Shown one piece after another: positions 18,312 to 27,847 of a stretch of 64,000 nt of DNA; the first letter of the stretch is position 1, and every line of letters starts with the position of its first letter. Location: positions 345,980 through 409,979 of the forward strand of contig JACPBB010000002.1 of assembly GCA_016180525.1 (NCBI GenBank). Direction: 5' to 3'. Origin of the DNA: Parcubacteria group bacterium (GTDB lineage: Bacteria > Patescibacteriota > Minisyncoccia > Phycocordibacterales > UBA2135). Made by a program: the position numbers and the translations under genes. Below the pieces are notes generated by a model, which was given only the letters and a program-made list of their open reading frames with translations, did no database searches and had not been told where the DNA came from.

Positions 18312-18507
18312 ACGTTGATGCACTTTAGGAGAACTAGGTTAGAGCCTCTCTCCAAGCTCTCAAGGAGCCGTTTATGCTTAATATTGTAGCATCGTGGAGT
18401 TGATTTTACCCGTGTAGATGACTTCAAGACACGGTTTTGGAAGCACTTTGCCCGATACCTCGGTAAAACTCCCATCCAATGTTAGAATCTCTGCTAAACA
18501 GCCCGTT

Positions 18508-18786
18508 TTAGTTAGCGTCTGTACATCTAAAATCCCTATTGGGAGATTCTTCTTTGGCAACTTCAACAAGATGTTCGCATACCTCAATATTATCGGCATA
18601 GCCAAATATGAACATCATCTTTTCCCAACCAATGGTCGACTCCATCATAAACCATTGTGCTGGCAGACCCAATGAGGTTTTTGGATAATTTTCCGCAGCT
18701 TCAAAAATATCCACATTCTTGTAGTAATATCCTGCGAAAAAACTGACCAAAATAGCAATGATTAAAATTAGTATGTTCTTTCTCAT
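18508..18786 (-). CDS. Hypothetical membrane-anchored protein
   Basis: N-terminal TM, two cysteines; directly follows the 18792 ORF. Confidence 0.65.
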   Translation of the reverse strand: MRKNILILIIAILVSFFAGYYYKNVDIFEAAENYPKTSLGLPAQWFMMESTIGWEKMMFIFGYADNIEVCEHLVEVAKEESPNRDFRCTDAN

Positions 18787-18791
18787 AAATA

Positions 18792-19313
18792 TTATTGTAC
18801 CATTTCCATAATTTTTTTCGTTATTTTAAGCAGAGTTTCAATATCGTTCTTCATTTTTTTCGATTCTTCTTGATCAACATTACGCAAAGCATCCTTTCCA
18901 AAATCATATCGTACATCAGTAAAATCTTGCAGTATTATTTGTCTGCCGTCTATTAAATTAACGACATATTTCACAAAACCTGATTCTTTAATCTTTTCAA
19001 TGCTCATTATATCAATTTTCTTCAATGCTTCACTAGATAGCTTCTTTGAGAGCAATTTCAGATCATGTGATTTGATGTCTTCCAAAAGTTCTTCTCTCGA
19101 ATTCAACGAGCTGGCCAGTAAAATACGGGACTTCAACATCAACTCAAAATTATAAGAAAACAAAACATACAATGAACGAGAATAGGCAGCGTCCGTTCCA
19201 CCCCTATGAAAATGCTCAAGACACGCATCAATAAATAAAAACCCCGAATTCGCTCTAAAGACTGCACGCTCTGCAAGAATACTCTTTTTGTCTTTTGTTT
19301 TATCTCCTATCAT
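18792..19313 (-). CDS. Hypothetical protein, possibly HEPN-like
   Basis: ELMLKS..SHDL..VRY pattern resembles HEPN helical domains; AT-rich. Confidence 0.5.
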   Translation of the reverse strand: MIGDKTKDKKSILAERAVFRANSGFLFIDACLEHFHRGGTDAAYSRSLYVLFSYNFELMLKSRILLASSLNSREELLEDIKSHDLKLLSKKLSSEALKKIDIMSIEKIKESGFVKYVVNLIDGRQIILQDFTDVRYDFGKDALRNVDQEESKKMKNDIETLLKITKKIMEMVQ

Positions 19314-19423
19314 CTAGTTTACGTTAAAAAGCAACTCTCTTTCCCTGTATGCAAAATAGCGCATGTTAGAACCTCAAAAAGTTTTGGGAAGAGAACGGTC
19401 TAAGCGCTCAAGCTGCAATTCTA

Positions 19424-19495
19424 TGCTCCCACGAGGAATCGAACCTCGATCATGGGATCCGGAATCCCACATTTTATCCATTAAACTATGGGAGC
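19424..19495 (-). tRNA. tRNA-Arg(CCG)
   Basis: TGGGA-TT-CCG-GA-TCCCA arm; GCTCCCA/TGGGAGC acceptor stem. Confidence 0.93.
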
Positions 19496-19505
19496 GTGTT
19501 TGGGG

Positions 19506-19588
19506 TCCATTTGAATTGAATCCCGACGCTCCGCTTGTGAGCGGGGGTCGGGACCCCGACCGGCTTTGCGCGTCGGGGCTACGGGGGC
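19506..19588 (-). pseudogene. tRNA-Arg-like 5' remnant interrupted by a 58-bp CCGAC/GTCGG element (19521-19578)
   Basis: GCCCCCGTAG-[element]-TTCAATTCAAATGGA resembles the tRNA-Arg start GCTCCCATAGTTTAATGGA. Confidence 0.65.
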
Positions 19589-19695
19589 GGCTACGTACAT
19601 AAGAATATATATGAAATAGGCACAAATGTAAAACCCAGCTCCGCCTATTGGTGGGGCTGGGTAAATGAGTCACTAAATTGTTATAATGAAGTGAC

Positions 19696-20691
19696 ATGAA
19701 ACCCGATATACATTCCGTATACCCCAAAGAATCTGCAGGAGATGTAATGGTGGAAAGAAGCCGCGTTCCAACCGTGCCGCTCGGTACAACATTAAGTGAA
19801 GTGCGGGAGTTGCTTTCAAAGAATGGCCGGGTATATGAATCAGTTGGCTATATTTATGTCACAGACCACGGCATGCATCTTCGTGGTGTTTTTTCAATAC
19901 GAGAGTTTTTTATTCATCAAAACGACAAAGAACGAGTGGACGACATAATGCAAAAAAGCATTGTTACTGTTCGCCTACATACGCATCAAGAACGCGCGGC
20001 CCTTCTCGCGCTCCAACATAACCTTAAGTCTCTTCCGGTTGTTGATAAAGACGATGTGTTTTTAGGAGCTATCCTTGCCGATGCTCTTTTAAAGATTTTA
20101 GACAAAGAGGCGATAGAAGACGTGCTTCGTCTTCGTGGTATGTATTTTAATGGCCCGTATGATGATTTGCTCCAGATGTCCATTTTTGAATCCGTAAAAC
20201 ATCGCTTTCCCTGGCTTTTGTTTGGACTTTTGGGGGGTCTTGTGGCAGCCGCTATCGTAGGCATGTTTCAGGAGACACTTTCACAGAATCTTATACTTGC
20301 TTCGTTTATTCCTCTTATCGCGTACATGGCCGGAGCTGTGGGAACACAAATGGAAATATTTATTATTCGCGATTTTGCCCTGCACCCTACCTTTAGTTTT
20401 TTAAAATATTTTTTTAAACAACTCTCTGTTGTCGGGCTTATCGGTGTTGCAGTAAGTGCGACGGCGGGGATTATTACTTTCTTCCTGCACGGAAACGCCC
20501 GCATAAGTCTTGTACTCGGAACATCTCTTTTGTTCGCGATGCTTTTTTCAGTTTTAACGGGACTTATTATTCCATATGTATTCAGAAAACTTGATTTGGA
20601 TCCGGCAAACGGAAGCGGCCCCACGGCAACTATTATTCAAGATATATTAAGTGTTTTTGTATATCTTCTCGTTGCGTCCTTCATACTATAA
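19696..20691 (+). CDS. mgtE: Magnesium transporter MgtE (CBS pair plus TM domain)
   Basis: YIYVTD, LPVVD, FIPLI..AGAVGTQ, LDPANGSGP..IQDI motifs. Confidence 0.88.
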   Translation: MKPDIHSVYPKESAGDVMVERSRVPTVPLGTTLSEVRELLSKNGRVYESVGYIYVTDHGMHLRGVFSIREFFIHQNDKERVDDIMQKSIVTVRLHTHQERAALLALQHNLKSLPVVDKDDVFLGAILADALLKILDKEAIEDVLRLRGMYFNGPYDDLLQMSIFESVKHRFPWLLFGLLGGLVAAAIVGMFQETLSQNLILASFIPLIAYMAGAVGTQMEIFIIRDFALHPTFSFLKYFFKQLSVVGLIGVAVSATAGIITFFLHGNARISLVLGTSLLFAMLFSVLTGLIIPYVFRKLDLDPANGSGPTATIIQDILSVFVYLLVASFIL

Positions 20692-20708
20692 GCTCTGTTA
20701 CAATAGAT

Positions 20709-21515
20709 ATGCATATAGATACGGTATTGCAAAAAGATTTGCGAGGAAAAACAATGATTGTTTTTGATTTGGATGGAACGCTTACTGAGAGTAAATCAAA
20801 CATTGAGCCGGATATGTCTTCCGCACTCGGACTATTGCTTGCAAAAAAACAAGTTTCCGTGATAGGGGGCGGTTCTTATGCCCAATTTGAACAACAGCTA
20901 CTCGCGCACCTTTCATGCGCGGTAGATTTGCTAAAAAATCTTTTTCTTTTTCCAACATCGGGCTCTCGTTTGTATGTATATGAAAATGGGTGGCGAGAAA
21001 CCTACGCCCACACGCTCTCTCTTGAAGAAAAACAGAATATTTTTGACGCGTTTGAGCGTGTTTTTAAAGAAATGTCATATGAGCATCCGCACAAGGTTTA
21101 TGGAGACATTTTTGAAGACAGAGGAACGCAAATCGCTTTTTCTCCCCTAGGCCAAAATGTTATTCTTGAGATTGGGTCTGAGAGGGGCGTTGCTTTAAAA
21201 CAAGAATGGAATAAACGACACGACTCAACGCGGCAAGCAATTGTTCGCTCTCTGCAACAAACACTTCCGGAGTTTGAAGTAAGGGCGGGGGGGCTTACTA
21301 CGATTGACGTGACCAGAAAAGGAATTGATAAAGCATATGGAATCAGGCAAATTGAAACACTTTTAAAAATTCCTAAATCAAAAATGCTTTTTGCCGGAGA
21401 CGCGCTCTATGAAGGCGGTAACGATTACCCTGTTTTCAAAGAAGGAGTGGATGCGGTTTCTGTAAAAAGACCCTCTGATACTAAACAATTAATAGAAGCG
21501 CTTTTGGCATACTGA
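20709..21515 (+). CDS. HAD subfamily IIB hydrolase, phosphomannomutase-like
   Basis: FDLDGTL, EDRGTQI, GGLTTIDV, GD..EGGNDY motifs. Confidence 0.85.
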   Translation: MHIDTVLQKDLRGKTMIVFDLDGTLTESKSNIEPDMSSALGLLLAKKQVSVIGGGSYAQFEQQLLAHLSCAVDLLKNLFLFPTSGSRLYVYENGWRETYAHTLSLEEKQNIFDAFERVFKEMSYEHPHKVYGDIFEDRGTQIAFSPLGQNVILEIGSERGVALKQEWNKRHDSTRQAIVRSLQQTLPEFEVRAGGLTTIDVTRKGIDKAYGIRQIETLLKIPKSKMLFAGDALYEGGNDYPVFKEGVDAVSVKRPSDTKQLIEALLAY

Positions 21516-21523
21516 TAAACAAC

Positions 21524-22477
21524 ATGAGGCAAGCAATACTCAATTTTCCTAAACAACTATTGTGGGAGCCGCAGCTTGTTGGCGAAGTTCATACCAGGCC
21601 GATCAGACGATACATCGTTATTGGAATGGGTGGTTCGCACCTTGGGGCGGATTTAATGCGGATTACTCATCCACGTATTCCTCTTATCGTGCATAAAAAT
21701 TATAGTCTTCCACTGCTTTCTCGCGAAGAACTTAAAGAAAGTTTAATTATTTTAAGTTCATATTCTGGAAACACCGAAGAGGTTTTACACGTATTTGAGC
21801 AGGTTCGTGAAAATGATTTAAAATGCGTTGCTATTACAGTAGGCGGGAAACTTCTCGCGCTTGCCAAAGAACACCATATACCGTATGTGCAGCTGCCTGA
21901 TACGGGTATTCAGCCGAGAATGGCAACCGGATTTTCAAAAAAAGCACTGCTTAAAATTATGGGTGATGAAAACTCCCTTCAAGAACTCTCATCTCTCGGT
22001 GCAATATTACAAGCGGGGGATTTTGAAGAAAGAGGAAGAGAAATAGCGGAGGAGGTGAAAGGATTAGTGCCGGTTGTGTACGCGTCAGAGGCAAATTATC
22101 CAATCGCGCATAATTGGAAAATTAAATTTAATGAGACGGGAAAAATTCCTGCTTTTTCTAATATGGTGCCAGAATTAAATCACAATGAAATGACGAGCTT
22201 CTCTAATCCGCATTTTGCAAAACAATTTTGTTTTATTATCTTGAAAGACAACACGGATCATCCGCGAATTATAAAACGAATGGAGATTTTAAAGACACTG
22301 CTTGCGGAAAGGGGAGCGTCTATCTATGATGTTGAAATTTCACACGGCAATGTGTGGCATAAAATTTTCTCTACCCTTCTTCTTGCCGACTGGAGTGCCT
22401 ATCATGTCGCGCAAAATTTAGGACATGATCCCACGGAGGTGCCAATGGTTGAAGAATTTAAAAAATTGATGTACTAA
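21524..22477 (+). CDS. Bifunctional phosphoglucose/phosphomannose isomerase
   Basis: GMGGS, SSYSGNTEE, QPR, NETGK, PELNHNE motifs. Confidence 0.9.
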   Translation: MRQAILNFPKQLLWEPQLVGEVHTRPIRRYIVIGMGGSHLGADLMRITHPRIPLIVHKNYSLPLLSREELKESLIILSSYSGNTEEVLHVFEQVRENDLKCVAITVGGKLLALAKEHHIPYVQLPDTGIQPRMATGFSKKALLKIMGDENSLQELSSLGAILQAGDFEERGREIAEEVKGLVPVVYASEANYPIAHNWKIKFNETGKIPAFSNMVPELNHNEMTSFSNPHFAKQFCFIILKDNTDHPRIIKRMEILKTLLAERGASIYDVEISHGNVWHKIFSTLLLADWSAYHVAQNLGHDPTEVPMVEEFKKLMY

Positions 22478-22516
22478 CAAAATCCGCCTCATCGGCGGAT
22501 TTTGTTTAACTTCGTT

Positions 22517-22990
22517 TTAATGAGATTTTATTTTCACTTTTGTTTGGCGAGCTTTGTCAATTTTAGGAAGCTTGAGTGTCAGAAGCCCATTTTTCTCTGA
22601 TGCGTCCGCTGCGTCAACATCAACTTCATGGGGCAGAAGAATAGTCCGTGAAAATGAACCCCAATATAATTCTTTATAAAAGAAATCTTCATCATTTACG
22701 TTTCTCTGAGATTCCCGCTTTCCTTTTATGGTTACCATGTCTCTTCCGATTGAAACATTCAAATCTTCCGGCCTTACTCCCGCAACCATTGTTTGAATAA
22801 CAATTTCATCGGGACCTTGATACATATCAATGGTAAGCTGACCCTCACTTGCTTCTTCCTCAATCCAACCAGAAGAATCTGGAGTATTACCCCCCTTGTC
22901 TTTTACCTCTAATTCCCGTACATCCTCACCGGCTTCTTGATTTACGATGCTCGTAATTTTGTCAAAAAAAGATTTTTTTTGTCCAAACAT
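22517..22990 (-). CDS. Hsp20/alpha-crystallin small heat-shock protein
   Basis: ELYWGSFSRTILLP, NGLLTLKLPK. Confidence 0.92.
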   Translation of the reverse strand: MFGQKKSFFDKITSIVNQEAGEDVRELEVKDKGGNTPDSSGWIEEEASEGQLTIDMYQGPDEIVIQTMVAGVRPEDLNVSIGRDMVTIKGKRESQRNVNDEDFFYKELYWGSFSRTILLPHEVDVDAADASEKNGLLTLKLPKIDKARQTKVKIKSH

Positions 22991-23005
22991 AAATTAAGTA
23001 TTGAA

Positions 23006-23725
23006 TTATTTACCGGGCGTAAGTCGCTTGACTCGTTCAAATGAGAGGAGTAGCGCAACTACAAATATCCATAATACGCCAAAAATAAGAAATATATTCT
23101 GACCTTTATATATAATTATAGAGAAATTAAAAAGCGCGTGCAACGCAATAGCTACAGTTATCCCCACAGCAAAATATACTCGTTTTGTTGCGTTATTTTT
23201 GTAAAACGAAAGCCCCTTCCCTAAACCAATAGTTGCACTTGCGACCACATGCAGAAGGGTTGCTCCGATAAAACGCAAATTTCCCGTCAAAAATCCAGAA
23301 ACGGTATCTCCGCCCAAGAGGGGGTTTATGAGAAACATGGTATTTTCCAGAGCCGAAAATCCAAGCGCCACGGTAATCATATAAATAAGAGGGTCCAGGG
23401 GTTCATCCACGCACATGCTTTTATCAAGGCAGACGCTGCGAAACGCAACAATATAAGCACCACCATATTTCAATAACTCTTCAATGGCAGCCCACACGAT
23501 AACTATCGTCAGGCCAGTGCCCAGGAAAGAAAAAGCGAATTTTTCGAGGAAAAACGCAACAGGTACGGCAATCATTCCGGCAATGAATGCGGCAATAATA
23601 AGCCGTTTTGGTTCAGGGTGAGCGGAATCTTCCTTAAGCCAAAACCAGAGCCAGATAAGTGCCGGTAAAATGCCACCGAGAAGAGCGAGTAGTAGTGTAT
23701 AGATATCAAAAGAGAAGAGAGACAT
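23006..23725 (-). CDS. PrsW family intramembrane protease
   Basis: IEELLK, GFSALEN, LLH, HALFN motifs. Confidence 0.9.
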   Translation of the reverse strand: MSLFSFDIYTLLLALLGGILPALIWLWFWLKEDSAHPEPKRLIIAAFIAGMIAVPVAFFLEKFAFSFLGTGLTIVIVWAAIEELLKYGGAYIVAFRSVCLDKSMCVDEPLDPLIYMITVALGFSALENTMFLINPLLGGDTVSGFLTGNLRFIGATLLHVVASATIGLGKGLSFYKNNATKRVYFAVGITVAIALHALFNFSIIIYKGQNIFLIFGVLWIFVVALLLSFERVKRLTPGK

Positions 23726-23726
23726 A

Positions 23727-23840
23727 TTGAGATTTCAGATATAAGATTTATGATTTAAGATTTACGAACATTTTCAGATTTCAAATTGTGAATTTATTTT
23801 TTAAAATACAAATCTAAAATCTGAAATCGTAAATCTGAAA
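23727..23840. repeat. Degenerate 7-bp tandem arrays in inverted arrangement
   Basis: agattt-type units followed by aaatct-type units. Confidence 0.6.
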
Positions 23841-26030
23841 TTATATTGGCCATTTTTCTACTATTAATAATGTTTTTTTCTTATGCGGCATAAGCGACCA
23901 GATTTCTTCCGTTACGAACGGCATGAAAGGATGCAGAAGCTTCAATACAGTGGTAAGGATAGAAAGCAGCATACATCGCGTTGAATCTTTTTTTTCTTGT
24001 GGCGATTCTTCTTTTAAATGCGGTTTACTTTCTTCAATAATAATATCCGCAAACGTATGCCATGTGTAATGATATAGTTTTTCTATTGCGAGATATAATC
24101 TGTATCGTTCAATATCTTCGGTTATTTCGTACACAATTCGCTTGCACTCTTTTATTTTTTCTTCGTCTTCTTCCATAAGCTGAGGTTTATTTTCCATATT
24201 CAAATCTTCTGTATTTTCCAGAACAAAACGGGTAACATTCCAAAGCTTGTTCGCAAAATGTTTTTGTCCGCGTACTTTATCTTCGGAGAGCTTCAAATCT
24301 TGTCCTGGAGTGTTTCCCATAATGAGAGAAAGGCGGGTCGCGTCGGCGCCATATTTTTCTATCATATCAAGCGGATTAATAATATTACCGAGTGACTTTG
24401 ACATTTTTCTCCCTTGCCCGTCGCGTACAAGACCATGTAGATACACTGTTTTAAAAGGAATGTCTCCAAGGTTATATGTACTCATTAAAATCATCCGTGC
24501 AATCCAGAAAAATAAAATATCGTATCCTGTTTCAAGAACACTTGTCGGATGATACGTTTTTAAATCAGGATTTTCTTTGGGCCAGCCGAGTGTTGAAAAT
24601 GTCCATAGACCCGAAGAAAACCACGTGTCTAGGGTGTCGGGATCCTGGTTCCAGCCGGGTTCTTTTGGCGCATCAACATCAACGTGTATTTTCCCATCTT
24701 TATACCACACAGGTATTTTGTGGCCGTACCAAATTTGTCGGGAAATACACCAGTCGCGGAGATTGTTTATCCAGTGAAAATATGTTTTTTCAAAATTATC
24801 GGGAATAATATTTATTTGTTTTGTTGTAACTACGTGGAGCATCAGTTCTTTAAGCGTTACCTCTTGTCCTGATTTTATTCCTTTCAGTTTTGAATTGCGC
24901 AGTTTGAATTTTTTATTTACGCCGATAAACCACTGCTTTCGTATCTGCGGCTCAATCACTCCTCCGCCGCGATAATTTGTTGCGATGCGATTTACATAAT
25001 TTTCATCCACCTTCTCAAGCAACCCTTTTTGTTTTAGTTTTTCAACAATTTTCTCGCGCGCCTTTTTTATGTGCTCGCCCGCAAATTTTCCCGCGATAGG
25101 GAGCAGTATTCCGCGTTCGTTTATAATCTGCTCTTTATCTAAGTTATGTCGCTCAGCAATTTCAAAGTCTGTCGCGTCGTGCCACGGAGTGATGGTCATG
25201 ACTCCTGTTCCGAATTCCATGTTGACCGCTTCGTCTTTAACAACCGTTGCCGTAATGGGGCCGTTTATCCACTCAAGTTTTATTTTGTCTCCGTGTTTGT
25301 ATTGTTTATAACGGCTATCTTTTGGATGCATGACGACATATTTATCTCCAAATTTTGTTTCAGGCCGTGCAGTACCTATGGTAAAGGGCCCGTATTTTAA
25401 ATAGTAAAAATTTGTTTTTTGTTCTACCCACTCAATTTCGTCGTCGGAGACATTTGACTGCATTTTGGGGTCCCAGTTTACGATTCGCTCGCCTTGGTAG
25501 ATGAGCCCGTCGTCATACATATTTTTAAACGCGGTACGAACGGCGAGCGCGCGTTTTTCATCAAGCGTGAATGCTTCTCTGGTCCAATCAAGTGACGAGC
25601 CCATTTTTTTAAGCTGGTGCACGATGGTGTCGTGGGATTCCTGCGCGAACGCTTCAACTCGTTTGAGAAAAGCGTCTCTGCCCAAGTCATGGCGTGTTTT
25701 TTTCTCTTTTTTGTATAAAATTTCTTCAACTTTTGATTCAGTCGCGATTGCGGCGTGGTCGGTGCCGGGGATCCAGAGCGTTTTTTTGCCCTTCATGCGA
25801 TTGTATCGTATTAAAATATCCTCTATCGCAAGCATCGCGGCGTGTCCCATGTGAAGGGTTCCCGTTACATTCGGCGGGGGAAGGACGATTGAATAGGGTT
25901 CTGCGTTTTTATCAGTAACGCCTTTTTCCACACATGCATCGGGGTTAAAAAAACCGCTCTCTTCCCAGAGCTTGTATATTTTATCCTCCGCTTCTTTCGG
26001 ATTATATGGTTTCAGTAACTTCTCATCCAT
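23841..26030 (-). CDS. valS: Valine--tRNA ligase (short form)
   Basis: PPPNVTGTLHMGH, DWCISRQ, DTWFSS, KMSKS; ends just after LHPFMPFVTEEIW. Confidence 0.96.
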   Translation of the reverse strand: MDEKLLKPYNPKEAEDKIYKLWEESGFFNPDACVEKGVTDKNAEPYSIVLPPPNVTGTLHMGHAAMLAIEDILIRYNRMKGKKTLWIPGTDHAAIATESKVEEILYKKEKKTRHDLGRDAFLKRVEAFAQESHDTIVHQLKKMGSSLDWTREAFTLDEKRALAVRTAFKNMYDDGLIYQGERIVNWDPKMQSNVSDDEIEWVEQKTNFYYLKYGPFTIGTARPETKFGDKYVVMHPKDSRYKQYKHGDKIKLEWINGPITATVVKDEAVNMEFGTGVMTITPWHDATDFEIAERHNLDKEQIINERGILLPIAGKFAGEHIKKAREKIVEKLKQKGLLEKVDENYVNRIATNYRGGGVIEPQIRKQWFIGVNKKFKLRNSKLKGIKSGQEVTLKELMLHVVTTKQINIIPDNFEKTYFHWINNLRDWCISRQIWYGHKIPVWYKDGKIHVDVDAPKEPGWNQDPDTLDTWFSSGLWTFSTLGWPKENPDLKTYHPTSVLETGYDILFFWIARMILMSTYNLGDIPFKTVYLHGLVRDGQGRKMSKSLGNIINPLDMIEKYGADATRLSLIMGNTPGQDLKLSEDKVRGQKHFANKLWNVTRFVLENTEDLNMENKPQLMEEDEEKIKECKRIVYEITEDIERYRLYLAIEKLYHYTWHTFADIIIEESKPHLKEESPQEKKDSTRCMLLSILTTVLKLLHPFMPFVTEEIWSLMPHKKKTLLIVEKWPI

Positions 26031-26174
26031 AATAGAAAATAATATCACACTATAACCTTATTTTTATTACTTTAAATTCGGACGAAAAAACTTGACATTT
26101 TATATAAAATATGCTAAAATTTAAATGAATAAGTCTGAACTTTTCGTTAACATTTGGAATGGAGGGTTTAAGAA

Positions 26175-26597
26175 ATGACTACCACAATACGCAAGTTGCT
26201 GATTGCCGCGGGCACTCTAATACTGGTCGTTGTAGCCGGCTTCAGTTTGCCTCTCGTCACAGCATGGCATTTCGGCGAACCCGTGAATGCGCCGGCGCTC
26301 AAGGCGCCGCAGGTGGACAACTGCCCGATGTACTTCTGCCGCAAGCTGTACACGGTTACCCAGGCGACAAAGAAGCTGGAGGGGACCGGCTTTGGCTGGA
26401 CTATCATCGAAGAGCCCGGTAGCGGCCATCTCTTTACGGTACTCGTGACTCCGTACCAAAATTATAATATTGGTGCGGTGGTGCAGGTACGAGAAGTTAT
26501 CTATCGCCAGAACAACATGTCACTCGCAAGGTTTCTAGTGGCGTACGATCCGGAAGACTTCTCTTTTCGGCCGTATGCCCCCCAAGGCCAACCATAA
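26175..26597 (+). CDS. Hypothetical exported protein
   Basis: GGAGG SD, TTGACA-17-TAAAAT promoter at 26092-26120, N-terminal TM, own terminator. Confidence 0.7.
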   Translation: MTTTIRKLLIAAGTLILVVVAGFSLPLVTAWHFGEPVNAPALKAPQVDNCPMYFCRKLYTVTQATKKLEGTGFGWTIIEEPGSGHLFTVLVTPYQNYNIGAVVQVREVIYRQNNMSLARFLVAYDPEDFSFRPYAPQGQP

Positions 26598-26820
26598 CGA
26601 ACACGCGCACCGTTTCACTGCGGGGCCCTGCGATTAACATCAACGGGCCCTTTTTTCTTTATACCTGATATTTTATTTTCAAATTCTAAGGATCAATTTG
26701 CGCGAATTGGTCTTTTACACCACATCGGACTTTGAACAACTTTCTAAAAATTTGATAAAGGTTTTTTCATACTATATAGTAATGTACAGACTTCTGCACC
26801 TTAAAAAGGAAGGAAAAGAT

Positions 26821-27834
26821 ATGAGCAAGTGGACATTTAAGACGGTCCGGCTCAATCCTCAAGGAGTTGCTGAATTTGTTGAGCTTACTAAATCTCAAGA
26901 AGCAAAAATTGACAGATATACTCAAGCATTAGAAGTCGCAGCCAAATCAACAGTTGCGAACCCCTCATACTCTCATTATTTTGTAAAAGAAAGTATCGGT
27001 GTTCTAGAAGGAGCGGCATTGCCTGCAGGAAATATTGAATATGGAATTTGCCAGGCGCTTCATGGAGAAGAGTCGGCAGTATCTGCATTTCGGTCTCATT
27101 ACGGAAGAGGTGAGCATAAAGAACTTGTTCTTGGAATTATTGCGGGCAGTCCGGGTAACATCGCAACGCCGTGTGGAAACTGCAGAGATATCATGCTTGA
27201 AGATTTAGGTACCGATTTTGAAATTGTCTCCGGCGCGGCCGACGGAGGTCTTGCGCTTGTAGTAAAGATGAGCGATTATCTTTTTTCCGATTTTAAAACG
27301 ATTGCTTTAGAGGATGTTCCTCCAAGCGTGTTGCAGAGAGTTGATTTGGCAATTGAAGAGGGTGCATTGCTCGTAAACGACGCGTATTCTCCTCCGAGCG
27401 TTCACCCTGAACGCAGGTACCACGCACTTATCGCAACGCACCGCAACAGTTTTGTTGGGGCTCGAGATGTGATGTGCGAATATCATCCGATTTATGCTCT
27501 TCGTGACGCGGTGCGGCAGGCAAGACGAAGAAATGATCCATGCATTAATTTTGTGGTTATTGTGTGCGAAGATTTTGGCGGCGGTGCTCCCCACGTGATG
27601 TATAAAGACCGGCAGCATTTAGTGGAGCTGAATTTACAAGGAGAGTTGCTTACTGGAGTAGAGACTAATCCTCCTGTATATCTTGTTACGCATAAAGGCT
27701 ATGAACAACTCACTGGCGCCTGGAAGACAAGTGTAAAAGAATGGATTCCAATGGTCTTTACTCCCAGAAATTTTGGACCGGAATTTGTTGATTTTCTTAC
27801 AAATTATTTTAAAACTCTTGGTGGGCGGCGATAA
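26821..27834 (+). CDS. Cytidine-deaminase-fold protein with a second degenerate domain
   Basis: GNIE..HGEESA..PCGNCR zinc motifs in the N-terminal half. Confidence 0.75.
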   Translation: MSKWTFKTVRLNPQGVAEFVELTKSQEAKIDRYTQALEVAAKSTVANPSYSHYFVKESIGVLEGAALPAGNIEYGICQALHGEESAVSAFRSHYGRGEHKELVLGIIAGSPGNIATPCGNCRDIMLEDLGTDFEIVSGAADGGLALVVKMSDYLFSDFKTIALEDVPPSVLQRVDLAIEEGALLVNDAYSPPSVHPERRYHALIATHRNSFVGARDVMCEYHPIYALRDAVRQARRRNDPCINFVVIVCEDFGGGAPHVMYKDRQHLVELNLQGELLTGVETNPPVYLVTHKGYEQLTGAWKTSVKEWIPMVFTPRNFGPEFVDFLTNYFKTLGGRR

Positions 27835-27847
27835 GCCGCCTTTTGTT

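Noticed and set aside
18330-19420. Integron attC cassette array
   Set aside because: The TCTAAC motifs do not fit RYYYAAC...GTTRRRY pairs cleanly and there is no integron integrase.
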